In this document: piece after piece, positions 30,142-39,287 of the stretch
Numbering within the stretch: position 1 is the first letter of the stretch
How the letters are laid out: each line of letters begins with the position of its first letter
DNA from: a virus
DNA length: 64,000 bases
Direction: 5' to 3' (one strand)
IMG/VR virus record: IMGVR_UViG_3300047472_000134
Location: 1 to 64,000 of that record
Notes under the pieces: model-generated
Told to the model about the DNA's origin: nothing
Seen by the model: the letters and a program-made list of their open reading frames with translations, nothing else
Database searches by the model: none
Made by a program: the position numbers and the translations under genes

Positions 30142-31022
30142 TGCCTCAAGAGTTTCAATCTCACATCACCTTCAGATGCCCCAAGTGTCGTGAAGTCTCG
30201 TCTGGTCCCGTGACCATCCCAGAACCGGACTGGTCGGCCGCAGAGGAAATGTCAGACCTCAACTCCGAAGGCCAGATCTCTATCCAGTGCCAGTGGTGTG
30301 ACACTGCTTACGATGCCTATGTCATAAACAACGCCGGTTCAGTATCAATTACGTTGATCGATTTTGAAGAGGTCGTGGTCGACGCGGACCATGCCTTTTA
30401 CTCTTTCGATGAGGACTGGCCTGAACCTGAACTACCAACTGACCCTGCGGATATTTTCGAGGACCTTCAGTCGGAAGTTACTCATTGGCTGAAGCAGCAT
30501 GGCAATGGCGACGGAGGTGCTTTGATCAACCGAATGCTCTTTGCCTCGCTATTCAGTGGCCTCGAGTCATTCCTCAGCGATACTTTGATCAAAGCCGTCA
30601 CAGAGCGTCCCGAGGCTCTCGCCAATCTGCTTGAGCACGACAAAGACATCCTGACCGAGAAATTCACACTCCTTGAGATATCTAAACACCCCAACCTAGT
30701 GGTTGACACAGTAACAACCCATTTGCGGGAAATTCTCTACCACAATCTACCCAAGGTGAACGCTCTCTACCGCATTGCACTAGGCATTGACTTCTTCAAA
30801 ATGCTTGACAAGGAGGAGGTCAAAACGCTCAACAACGCGGTCCAGCTTCGCCATCACTGCGTTCACCGCAATGGCAAAGACATCGACGGAAATCGCCTTG
30901 ATGTTTTCACGCCAGAATATGTCTCATCGATCCTCGATCTCACAACTTGGCTGGTCAGAAAACTAGATGCTGCAGTGAGCGGGAAGCGACTCATTATAGA
31001 CGATGACGACCTCCCCTTTTGA
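30141..31022 (+). CDS. Zn-finger + HEPN-like domain protein
   Basis: CPKC/CQWC; NRMLFASLFSGLESFLSD helix; RHHCVH (RxxxxH) motif; lower GC. Confidence 0.7.
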   Translation: MPQEFQSHITFRCPKCREVSSGPVTIPEPDWSAAEEMSDLNSEGQISIQCQWCDTAYDAYVINNAGSVSITLIDFEEVVVDADHAFYSFDEDWPEPELPTDPADIFEDLQSEVTHWLKQHGNGDGGALINRMLFASLFSGLESFLSDTLIKAVTERPEALANLLEHDKDILTEKFTLLEISKHPNLVVDTVTTHLREILYHNLPKVNALYRIALGIDFFKMLDKEEVKTLNNAVQLRHHCVHRNGKDIDGNRLDVFTPEYVSSILDLTTWLVRKLDAAVSGKRLIIDDDDLPF

Positions 31023-31045
31023 CGCATCTGCGTTAACGCACGTCA
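31020..31045. repeat. Third copy of the repeat (palindromic)
   Basis: TGACGCA-tc-TGCGTTAACGCA-CGTCA at the end of the cassette. Confidence 0.7.
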
Positions 31046-31052
31046 TTCAATC

Positions 31053-31084
31053 AAAGCCTCGGCCCCGCCGGGGCTTTTTCTTTT
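31053..31084 (+). terminator. Rho-independent terminator
   Basis: aaagcctcgg/ccggggcttt stem followed by a T tract. Confidence 0.7.
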
Positions 31085-31526
31085 GGAGAACACAATGCTG
31101 CTCAGCCATAGCCAAGCCCGAGCAATCGCGGAAGCGACCTGGGGGAGGGGAGGGACGCACTCCTACGGCACCAACACAGCCGGCGCGTTCTACTTCTCCT
31201 GCTCCGGACATGGTGGCTTCGTCATCAGCCTCGACTCCTTGACCAATGAGGAGCTCGTCGAGATCAGCCCCTATATCAATATCGAGGAGGGAACGCTGTA
31301 TCGATGGGGCCGGCGAACCCGCTTCATGCATCCTTACCGAACGTCGGGCTTCAAGATCTCGTTCGACGCGACGATCGACAAGGTCAAGTTCTTCCTGCTC
31401 GAGGAGGACTGCGACTGGGCGCTGGCCTACGTCTTCACCGGAATCCGACACAAGACCGACCCGGTCACACCGATCCGGGCGCAAGAATCATTCGAGAGGT
31501 ACCATGTCAAAGAACAACGAGCCTAG
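31083..31526 (+). CDS. Hypothetical protein
   Basis: GHGGF and EEDCDWA motifs; start probably ATG 31095. Confidence 0.7.
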   Translation: MENTMLLSHSQARAIAEATWGRGGTHSYGTNTAGAFYFSCSGHGGFVISLDSLTNEELVEISPYINIEEGTLYRWGRRTRFMHPYRTSGFKISFDATIDKVKFFLLEEDCDWALAYVFTGIRHKTDPVTPIRAQESFERYHVKEQRA

Positions 31527-32064
31527 CGCCTGGCTGCACCCAGAAGCAGGGTGGGCGCACGCCAACTACGACGAGATCCGCAAGCATTGCCTGAACGACG
31601 GCCCTCTTCCAATTCCGCTCTATACCCACCCATCGCCCACTCATAATGTGAGCGGGCTGAGCGAAATATTAGCGCTTAACGACGCACTGATCTGGCTTCT
31701 CTGGATTTACCAAAAGAATGAGTTTGCGACCAGGCGGGAAATAGTAGAGGTCGCCTCCGGTCCTCAGGCTGGTTTGTCTGAGTTCGCCGCTGAACTCGTA
31801 GGCGACGTCGATGACGACGTCGTCTCCACCGCCATGGCGAGATTTAAGTACCTCTGCTTGCGCCTCTGCCCAGAGTTGGGCTCTTTTCGAATAGCGGAAT
31901 CCGTCGAGGATCAAGAGACCGATGATCCCCATCACAATGAGCCAGTGGACACCCCAGATCACCTCGCTACTCATTTGTCCATTGTGACATGCCTTCTTGG
32001 GGTGAGCAATCGCCCGCCCGTTGCCGCTCGGGCCCACCCCGCGCCCGTAACGAGGGAGGCCGAA

Positions 32065-32417
32065 TGACCAACGTCTACTCAATCGACGTCAAAGTCTGGG
32101 CGACCGCCTACATCAAAGCCGAAACGCCAGAAGCTGCGGCCGAGATCGTTCGCAAGCTGCGGCGCGAGTGCCTGCAGATGCCGGAAGACAACTATGATGT
32201 TGGCGACGACCGCGTTCCCGTCTGCGAGATGCGGTTCGATCATTCGGACTTTCCGGAACTGAGCCTAGCCACCAACATGACCGTCGACGCGACGTTCATC
32301 GACAATATCAAGGCCAATGAGCTAGAATTGGTCCACGAATCTGTTTTGAGGGCCGAAGCAGACGCACCGAGCTGCCAGCAGGTGCATCGGGAGGATGGTT
32401 CTCCCGACCAGGCGTAG
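32065..32417 (+). CDS. Hypothetical protein
   Basis: RBS GGGAGG, ATG 32065. Confidence 0.6.
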
Positions 32418-32444
32418 CCTGGCCCTCGAACTGGAGTCGACGCT

Positions 32445-32534
32445 ATGTGGTTCTTTCCACTCAGCATCACTCTTACGATACGAAAAACCCGCACAGGCTG
32501 GCAGGCTAGTGTGCGGGTCATCTTCGTAACATAA
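32445..32534 (+). CDS. 29-aa peptide, candidate type I toxin
   Basis: GGAG RBS; MWFFPLSITLTIRKTRTGWQASVRVIFVT; overlapped by an antisense unit. Confidence 0.55.
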   Translation: MWFFPLSITLTIRKTRTGWQASVRVIFVT

Positions 32535-32568
32535 GAGCGGGGGGCAGGATTTCGGTCCTGTCCCTTGC
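32483..32568 (-). ncRNA. Candidate cis-antisense RNA
   Basis: Minus-strand TTGTAT-N17-TATATT promoter (32603-32575), one hairpin, then a 9-bp stem terminator with U tract. Confidence 0.55.
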
Positions 32569-32604
32569 TCCAGCAATATATCCCCCAAATCACCGAGATA
32601 CAAG

Positions 32605-32841
32605 ATGACCCTGATCGAACGCTTGAAAAAGCGAGCGGCGGAAGACGCTGTCTGCGCCGCAAACAACGAGGCAGTCGCCTCGGCTCTTGATGGCCAGATG
32701 GCTTTATTCGAAGCCGGCAAGGGCGAGCACAACATCTACGCCGTCCGAATGGCCGTTGACCACCGCAATTGTGCAAAGCGCGATCGGCAATGGAGTGCCG
32801 ATCTGCTCGAGGCTATCGAGATGCTGGGGGCGAAGGCATGA
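32605..32841 (+). CDS. Hypothetical protein
   Basis: 78-aa ORF. Confidence 0.55.
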   Translation: MTLIERLKKRAAEDAVCAANNEAVASALDGQMALFEAGKGEHNIYAVRMAVDHRNCAKRDRQWSADLLEAIEMLGAKA

Positions 32842-33027
32842 CAGTCTGCCCACGCTGCGACGACACAGGCCAGGCTGACAGCGGCGGTTCGACGCCTTGG
32901 GGTGAGTGGATCACAATCCCCTGCGACTGCAAATCACAGCCCGAATGCTTCGACTGCATCGGAATGCTGTTCCCGACAGGGCTTTGCTACTGCGATGCCC
33001 AAGGCGTACCGAGGGGAGGACCAGACA

Positions 33028-33288
33028 ATGGGTGAATATGCCGACGCGATGATCGACCGCATGATCTTCGGCGTGGCTCACGACCACCGCCGCAGCCGTC
33101 GCCGGCCGACCTACCAGTCAGGGACCGGCGACTTCATGTGGCGATCGGGTGAGGGCCTGATCAACATGTACGACATGACGCCTGAGCATCGCGAGAACGC
33201 GATGGAAGTCTGCCGACGCAAGGGCAATTCCGGAAAACTCAAACAGCTGCAGCAGGTGCAGGCAGAAATGGCGAAGGTGAAACGATGA
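33028..33288 (+). CDS. Hypothetical protein
   Basis: MGEYAD..ID start motif; RBS GGAGGA. Confidence 0.65.
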   Translation: MGEYADAMIDRMIFGVAHDHRRSRRRPTYQSGTGDFMWRSGEGLINMYDMTPEHRENAMEVCRRKGNSGKLKQLQQVQAEMAKVKR

Positions 33289-33530
33289 CCAACTACCTCT
33301 CGCCCACAGGGGCAGAAATCATCGGTACGGCTGAAAGCGTTCCAGCTGTCGCCGTCATCTCCTCCATTGGTGCTGATGGAACCCCAGTCTATGAGGGGCG
33401 AACAGATCTCTTTTGGGACGCTCAGGTCACACACCGCCGCGACGGCAAGATCCTCTTCCTCGACTACGAGGGTGAGATGTGGACCTTCGACCAGCTCGTG
33501 CCCGAGGAACAATCGGACGCATCCGAGTAG
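33285..33530 (+). CDS. Hypothetical protein
   Basis: ATGA-coupled, acidic. Confidence 0.6.
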   Translation: MTNYLSPTGAEIIGTAESVPAVAVISSIGADGTPVYEGRTDLFWDAQVTHRRDGKILFLDYEGEMWTFDQLVPEEQSDASE

Positions 33531-33545
33531 ATCCTTGCTATTATA

Positions 33546-33642
33546 GAGGGTTAGCCACGCTGACCAGGAAGGAGGTGGTTCAACTGACCGTCCTCGACAC
33601 CGAAGTAGACTTGTAGCCAGGCCCGCGAAAGCGGGCCTTTTT
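33546..33642 (+). ncRNA. Candidate small RNA / micro-ORF transcript with extended Shine-Dalgarno
   Basis: TGnTATTAT extended -10 upstream, AGGAAGGAGGTGGTTCA at 33566-33582, terminator 33619-33642. Confidence 0.5.
33619..33642 (+). terminator. Rho-independent terminator
   Basis: aggcccgc-GAAA-gcgggcct followed by TTTT. Confidence 0.85.
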
Positions 33643-33648
33643 CGTTGA

Positions 33649-33667
33649 GAGTACGACTTACTCTCGC
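33649..33667. promoter_or_regulatory. GAGTA-N5-TACTC(TCGC) palindromic site
   Basis: GAGTAcgactTACTCtcgc upstream of the TAXI gene. Confidence 0.7.
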
Positions 33668-33733
33668 CTTTCACCAATTCTCGCCGCCGCCGAGCCGAGA
33701 TACCAAAATCCCGCAACCTGATCAGGAGATCAC

Positions 33734-34594
33734 ATGAAGAAATTCTTCCTCGCAGCCGCTTTTGCGCTGCTCGCAATTCCCGCCAATGCCGCCGCAATTC
33801 GCCTCTGCACTGGCGCCGCCGACCAGCCCTACGCCGCGGCTGGCGAACTCATCAAGGACGAAGCCAAGGGAAACGGCCTGGATGTCGAAGTCGTCAAGGA
33901 TACTGGTGGTAGCTGGGGAAACGTCCAGCTCTCTCTCCAGGGTAAGTGCGATGCGATTATCGGCCAGCCTGACGCTCTCGCTTACCTCAAGCGCACCGAG
34001 CCGGCGAACGCCGCCAAGTTCCTGCCGATCGCAGACCTTCACCGTGAATATGCCGCCGCAGTCTGCGGAAAGAATTCGGGCGTTACTGACATCGGGGATC
34101 TCGAAAACGACCCGGCCAAGTATTCCATCGCTCTTGGCGAGCGTGGCTCGGGCGCCTGGTTGATCTGGCAGAACTTCATCTCTGAAGACTCCGACTATTC
34201 AGGCGTCCGAACGACAGCCGAAAGCGGCGATGATGCTCTGTCGGCGGTGGCCAACGACCAGACGACGTGTGCCTTGGTACCAGCCGCTCTCGTCAACTCT
34301 GTGATGCGCTCGGCCGACGAGCTGTACAGCGACAACCTGATCCTCGTGGGCGTCAACGACAAGGACTTCGACGACGCTCCTGATGCCCAGGGCAAGCCAC
34401 TCTACACCTACAGCAAGATCCCCTCGGGCACTTACCCGAAGCTGCAGGGCTGGTTCAGCGGCAAGGCGACAATCAGCTGGCTCGCCAAGGTCTACGTCAA
34501 CAAGGACACGCTGACCGACCAGAACGTCCGAAAGGCTTTGATCCGCTCGGTCATGAAGGCCCGCCAGAACGTCGTCTCCAACTTCGGCTCCTAA
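33734..34594 (+). CDS. TAXI-type periplasmic solute-binding protein homologue
   Basis: Sec signal peptide; TG....Y, T.GS..N, Q.DAL, LHRE and G..GSG motifs. Confidence 0.8.
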   Translation: MKKFFLAAAFALLAIPANAAAIRLCTGAADQPYAAAGELIKDEAKGNGLDVEVVKDTGGSWGNVQLSLQGKCDAIIGQPDALAYLKRTEPANAAKFLPIADLHREYAAAVCGKNSGVTDIGDLENDPAKYSIALGERGSGAWLIWQNFISEDSDYSGVRTTAESGDDALSAVANDQTTCALVPAALVNSVMRSADELYSDNLILVGVNDKDFDDAPDAQGKPLYTYSKIPSGTYPKLQGWFSGKATISWLAKVYVNKDTLTDQNVRKALIRSVMKARQNVVSNFGS

Positions 34595-34672
34595 CAACCG
34601 TCTCTGCGAAGGCTCCCCTGCGGGGGAGCTTTCATAGAGCCTGTTGGCTCACATCATGAAAGGGCAAGCGCG

Positions 34673-34792
34673 ATGATGATCGCCGTATTCAATAACCTCC
34701 CCGAGTTGATCCTCGGGGTCACCTGGTCCGGTGTCGTCTTCGCCGCCGGCCGTCGTTTCGAGCGCTGGAAAGCCAGCCGGAACGCAATCTAA
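34673..34792 (+). CDS. Small single-TM protein
   Basis: MMIAVFNNLPELILGVTWSGVVFAAGRRFERWK...; RBS GAAAGGG. Confidence 0.5.
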   Translation: MMIAVFNNLPELILGVTWSGVVFAAGRRFERWKASRNAI

Positions 34793-34827
34793 CTCACCCC
34801 CTCACAAACATCATCAAGGAGATAAGC

Positions 34828-35283
34828 ATGTTTGGTCTGACTAAGAAAATCATCGGCGCTGCAGCAACCGAAATCAAGGGTGCGAACGGCGAGAACAGCG
34901 ATGCACTCGAGGCAGCTTGCGCCGCAGCAGCACTCGCAGCGGCCGGCGACGGTGACATTGGATCCTCGGAGCGCTCCAAGGCTCTCTCGCTTATCAAAAA
35001 CAACAAGCGTATCGGCGGCGTCTACAAGGAGTCGGACATCGAGCGTCTGCTGGACCTCTACTTCAAGAAGGCTGAAGACGGTTCTGGCCGCAATGAGCTG
35101 GCCCGCGAGCTGGGCGACCTGAAGTCCCATCCGAACGCCAAGGTGATGCAGGAAGACTGCTACCTGATTGCCAAGGATGTCTGCACCGACCCGAAGACGG
35201 GCGAGATCGACCCGAAGGAACAGGTGATGCTCGACAAGATCGCCAAGGTTCTCGGCGTCAACCCCGACGACTTCCTGTTCTGA
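34828..35283 (+). CDS. TerB-family protein
   Basis: LEAACAA.AL.A..DG.I...E and GEIDPKE...L.KIA..LG motifs. Confidence 0.85.
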   Translation: MFGLTKKIIGAAATEIKGANGENSDALEAACAAAALAAAGDGDIGSSERSKALSLIKNNKRIGGVYKESDIERLLDLYFKKAEDGSGRNELARELGDLKSHPNAKVMQEDCYLIAKDVCTDPKTGEIDPKEQVMLDKIAKVLGVNPDDFLF

Positions 35284-35307
35284 TCCTCCCAATCAGATGA
35301 CTGCAGC

Positions 35308-35340
35308 AGAGGCCACCCGATTGGGTGGCCTCTTTCATTT
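35308..35340 (+). terminator. Rho-independent terminator
   Basis: agaggccaccc/gggtggcctct stem with downstream T-rich tract. Confidence 0.75.
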
Positions 35341-35390
35341 CGAAGCATCGGTGAGAAGTACGACCTGACACCCGCAAACTAGGAGTCACC

Positions 35391-35744
35391 ATGACCCAAA
35401 AATTCCGAAAGGGTGACATCGTCACCGTCCGCGCCGTCGTAACGACCGTTTACGATCATCACGAGGATACAGTTCTCGCGGACCAAATTAAGATCGAGAT
35501 CGACGGCACCCACCAGGGTATCTTCTTGAAGCCGAGCCAGCTCACGATGGAGATCCCATTCTTCGCTCCAGGCGAGCGCGTCCGGACGAAGAGCAGCGTC
35601 AAGAACCCGGTCGATGGCACCGTCATGGCTAACGACGAGGGCCAGGTCTGGGTCAAGTTCGACCACGGCAAGCATGGCACGGTTTCAGCGCTCGAGCTCG
35701 AGCCTATCCCTGCGAAAGTGAGGCCACATGTGGTTGCGGCTTGA
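35391..35744 (+). CDS. Hypothetical protein (two SH3/KOW-like repeats)
   Basis: F.KGD.V and F.PGERV repeats; RBS AGGAG. Confidence 0.65.
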   Translation: MTQKFRKGDIVTVRAVVTTVYDHHEDTVLADQIKIEIDGTHQGIFLKPSQLTMEIPFFAPGERVRTKSSVKNPVDGTVMANDEGQVWVKFDHGKHGTVSALELEPIPAKVRPHVVAA

Positions 35745-36105
35745 AACCCTCGAGCTTGAACAGATCGTCACGTCGTTGAGGGTTTCCCTCAACGACAACC
35801 AGGACGAGGACAATCGCAGAGCGATCTACAACTTGATCGAAAAGATCAACGAGACGCCAGATCCCGACACCCACAGCTTCGCCAGCGCGGTCGAGACCAA
35901 CGATAACTTAGAGGTCGACGGTGATGTCGTGATCTCTCGTGGCGACGAAGGCGCTTTCGTCATGTCTTGGTCCTGGGTCTCTAACGAGGCAGCAGGCATC
36001 GAACCTGAAGCCGACGCCCAGTGTGAAAACTGCGGCTCCACGGACAACGACGGCTCTGATATCTGCACCGACTGCGGCGGCAAAATTACCAGCGAGGAAG
36101 AATGA
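35728..36105 (+). CDS. Hypothetical protein with C-terminal Zn ribbon
   Basis: CENCG...CTDCG. Confidence 0.65.
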   Translation: MWLRLETLELEQIVTSLRVSLNDNQDEDNRRAIYNLIEKINETPDPDTHSFASAVETNDNLEVDGDVVISRGDEGAFVMSWSWVSNEAAGIEPEADAQCENCGSTDNDGSDICTDCGGKITSEEE

Positions 36106-37493
36106 TTACCGGACACACGCTACTCGAATGGGGCTTCCCGAAAGGCCCCGCTTTCAGTGAGGCTCTGGCCTCGGCGCAGTTTATGGAACGGCAGGGCAGG
36201 GGGCTTGAGGATATCAAGTTCATCATCATGACGCAGGCACCAAAAGTACCCGACGTCATCGAGCTCCGCACCAACTCGATACCGTTCGCTCGCTTCCTGG
36301 AAGCCGAGACCGACGATGAGATGCTGAACAAGATCTCGGTCGTGACCCACATGGACGCTCTGCTGCGGACGCCCACGATTGAGCGTGCCGCGATCATGCC
36401 CGACGCCTGCCCAGCAGGAAGTGTCATGGGGACCATCCCTGTCGGTGGTGTCGTCGCCACGAAGGACGCAATCCACCCTGGCTTCCACTCGGCCGACATC
36501 TGCTGCTCGATGGCCATCTCGGTCTTCAGACGCAACGATGACGTGAGTAAGGTGCTGGATGCGGCCATGAAGGTCACTCACTTCGGACCTGGTGGCCGGC
36601 CGATCATGATTTGGCACGATCGACAGCTCAATCAGCTGATCGATAAGTTCGCCGCGAACCCGTTCCTTGCTGGTCTGGAGCGCTATGCCACCGAGCACTT
36701 CGGCACGTCTGGCGATGGGAATCATTTCCTATACGTTGGCGAAATCGAAAGCACTGGTGAGATGGCGGTCGTCACCCACCATGGCTCTCGCGGCCTCGGC
36801 GCTCAGCTCTACAAGCGAGGCAAGGCAGCTGCAGAACGCCACACCAAAATCCACGCTCCTCGGGTTCCGGCTCACAACGCCTGGATCAAGGCCGAGAGCA
36901 AGATGGGTGAGGACTACTGGGCGGCGCTCCAGATCATCCGCCAGTGGACGAAGCTGAGCCATGCTGCGATCCATCGCGAGCTTGGCCTGGAGATCGGTAA
37001 CGCGATCAAGGACCAGTTCTGGAACGAGCACAACTTTGTCTTCCAACGTACCGATGGTCTCTTCTACCACGCCAAGGGCGCCACGCCGAGTTTCAAGGGC
37101 TACGCCGCCGACGACGAGGGGATGACACTCATCCCCCTCAACATGTCCCAGCCGATCCTGATGACCCGCCACGCGAACAACGAGCAGGCTTTGGGCTTCG
37201 CACCACATGGCGCCGGCCGGAACCTCTCACGGACCAACCACATCAAGCGTCTGAGAGCAGAGTTTGGTGAACTCGGTCCTGGAGAGATCGCTGAAATCAT
37301 GGAACGCGAAACCAAGGGGCTCGACGTCCGCTTCTACACCGGCAAGCCGGATGTCTCGGAGCTACCATCTGCCTACAAGGACGCGGACCAGGTTCGTGCT
37401 CAGATCGAGAAGAACAACTTGGCTGAGATCGTCGACGTGATCCACCCGCGGGGCTCAATCATGGCCGGCAATACCGCTTGGAAGAGAAGATAG
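36102..37493 (+). CDS. rtcB: RtcB-family RNA ligase
   Basis: MPDAC, PVGG, DICC, G..GDGNHF, HHGSRG, HNF, H.KGATP, HGAGR and E.P.AYK motifs. Confidence 0.92.
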   Translation: MITGHTLLEWGFPKGPAFSEALASAQFMERQGRGLEDIKFIIMTQAPKVPDVIELRTNSIPFARFLEAETDDEMLNKISVVTHMDALLRTPTIERAAIMPDACPAGSVMGTIPVGGVVATKDAIHPGFHSADICCSMAISVFRRNDDVSKVLDAAMKVTHFGPGGRPIMIWHDRQLNQLIDKFAANPFLAGLERYATEHFGTSGDGNHFLYVGEIESTGEMAVVTHHGSRGLGAQLYKRGKAAAERHTKIHAPRVPAHNAWIKAESKMGEDYWAALQIIRQWTKLSHAAIHRELGLEIGNAIKDQFWNEHNFVFQRTDGLFYHAKGATPSFKGYAADDEGMTLIPLNMSQPILMTRHANNEQALGFAPHGAGRNLSRTNHIKRLRAEFGELGPGEIAEIMERETKGLDVRFYTGKPDVSELPSAYKDADQVRAQIEKNNLAEIVDVIHPRGSIMAGNTAWKRR

Positions 37494-38233
37494 CGATGGC
37501 CGAGACAAACGTTGAAATCCAACAACGAACGATTGTCGTCGAGACTACCAAGACAGTCTCGGTGTTGAGCGTGAGATATGACCCGGCAGAAGTCGACAAG
37601 ATCCTTCTGAATTACGCTCTCGCAAACGAGCTACCTAGACTCGGGTTGGAATCTCACGAGCAGCTGGAAACCAAAGTCGAGGCCCACGTCGACTACTACA
37701 ATGAAGAACACGAGGGCTTCACCGTCGAGATCGTCTTCGAAGGTCAATGACCGTTCTAGCCAACGGCTTCACCTTCTCGCAGGAGGTGGAGCTCTGCGAA
37801 CTCTACTGGCCTGGCCAGCTGGCGCGTAGGCGCACCGGCAAGTCCCGCCGCAATCTCCGAAAAGCAGCCGCCCACAAGTGCCTGACAGATTTCAATCTGC
37901 TTCGGGGGCTCACCTGTGGGAACTGCGTCCACCGCCGGGGCAACATCTGCGAACTGACCTCGGACTTCTACGGCAACACCACCATCAAGAAGGAAGACAC
38001 ATGTCTAGGCCACTCTCCGAGAGAATTGCCGACAAACTCAACACCATCCAGTTGAGACGGTTACGACCGGAGCCGCCAGAAGCGCGGCTGCTCGATCCTA
38101 TCCACGCCATTCAGTTCGCTATCCAGGCCGACGAGGGGATCGAGTTCCTCCGTAGCTGGAACCAAGGCGACTGGCAGACCTGTGCCCTTTACTGGCCCGA
38201 ATGGCTGACCTTCAATCCCTGAGAGGAAATCCC

Positions 38234-38488
38234 ATGAGAATTTCGATCGTCGCCACTCTGGCGACTGGCATGCTCGCGAGCTGCTGCACCCTTCCGTACT
38301 CGACCATCCAGAAGGGTGAGCATCAGATCCCAGGCCATCCTTACAAGACGGCCGATAACTGCGAGCGCCGAGCGCCGATCGGCAAGTTCGACGCCAAGTG
38401 TGACATCCCGCTTGTCGGTTTCCGCAACTTCGCTGAGCCGTCGATCTCGACCGGCGCCGGAAGTGTCGGGGGCTCGTTCAACTTCTGA
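38234..38488 (+). CDS. Putative lipoprotein
   Basis: MRISIVATLATGMLASC lipobox; RBS GAGG. Confidence 0.6.
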   Translation: MRISIVATLATGMLASCCTLPYSTIQKGEHQIPGHPYKTADNCERRAPIGKFDAKCDIPLVGFRNFAEPSISTGAGSVGGSFNF

Positions 38489-38987
38489 TGAGACGCAAAT
38501 CAAAGCTCTCCATCGACGAGCTGGAGGCCGACGAGATCAAGCTCAAGGTTCGGCTCGCTCGGATCAAGGATGAGTTGGAGGTGACGCAGGGTCTGCTTCA
38601 CCTCCACTACCGAGACCTCACCAAGCTGGTCGGGCGCACTGCCCGATCGGATCGCGTTCCAGGCGGGATCATCATCCAAGATGTGACCTTCAAGACCTGG
38701 GATCGCCGCACTCCACAGTCCGTGAGCGGTTACCGCCTAGACGGCGGCACCTCATGGACGACCATCCCCGTCACATCATCAGGGTACCAGGTCCATGACA
38801 CTCACCCAACGAGCCATGCTCCATTCCCGCCAGGGTTTCTTGGCCGAGCTGCGCCAAGCATCAGCAGCCCGTTACCTGCACGGTGACCGCCAAGGTCAGC
38901 AGCAGATTGGTCAAACCATCATCGGCTTAGAAGCCGGCCAGGAGATCGAGAATGATTGGACCCTGGCAATCGCGAAAAGGTTTCTGC

Positions 38988-39287
38988 ATGGCGTATCCTA
39001 AGCACATGTCGATTGTTGAACAGACGATCGTTTCAAAAATCATACTCTTGGCGCTCGAGAAAGCCTACACGGTCTCTGTCTTTGATGGCATGGCCTGGGC
39101 TCTCAAACGGTCAACCGACTTCGAAGCGATCACCGCTGAAGTCAACGCCACAGATCTGACGGAACTCATCTTCCACTCGGCTGCTGACCAGTCACGGATC
39201 GGGGGCGTGACGCTCATCCATGGCAACGACGAAGACGTCATTCACGACTACTCCGACAATCCCAGGACCACAGAGCTTTGTTCATGA
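38988..39287 (+). CDS. Hypothetical protein
   Basis: Y.VSVFDG ... LIHGN..DVI.DYS pattern. Confidence 0.65.
   Translation: MAYPKHMSIVEQTIVSKIILLALEKAYTVSVFDGMAWALKRSTDFEAITAEVNATDLTELIFHSAADQSRIGGVTLIHGNDEDVIHDYSDNPRTTELCS

Noticed and set aside
33546-33600. SRP RNA or tRNA similarity (CCAGGAAGG)
   Set aside because: Lacks the CAGG/AGCA internal loop of SRP RNA and cannot form a cloverleaf
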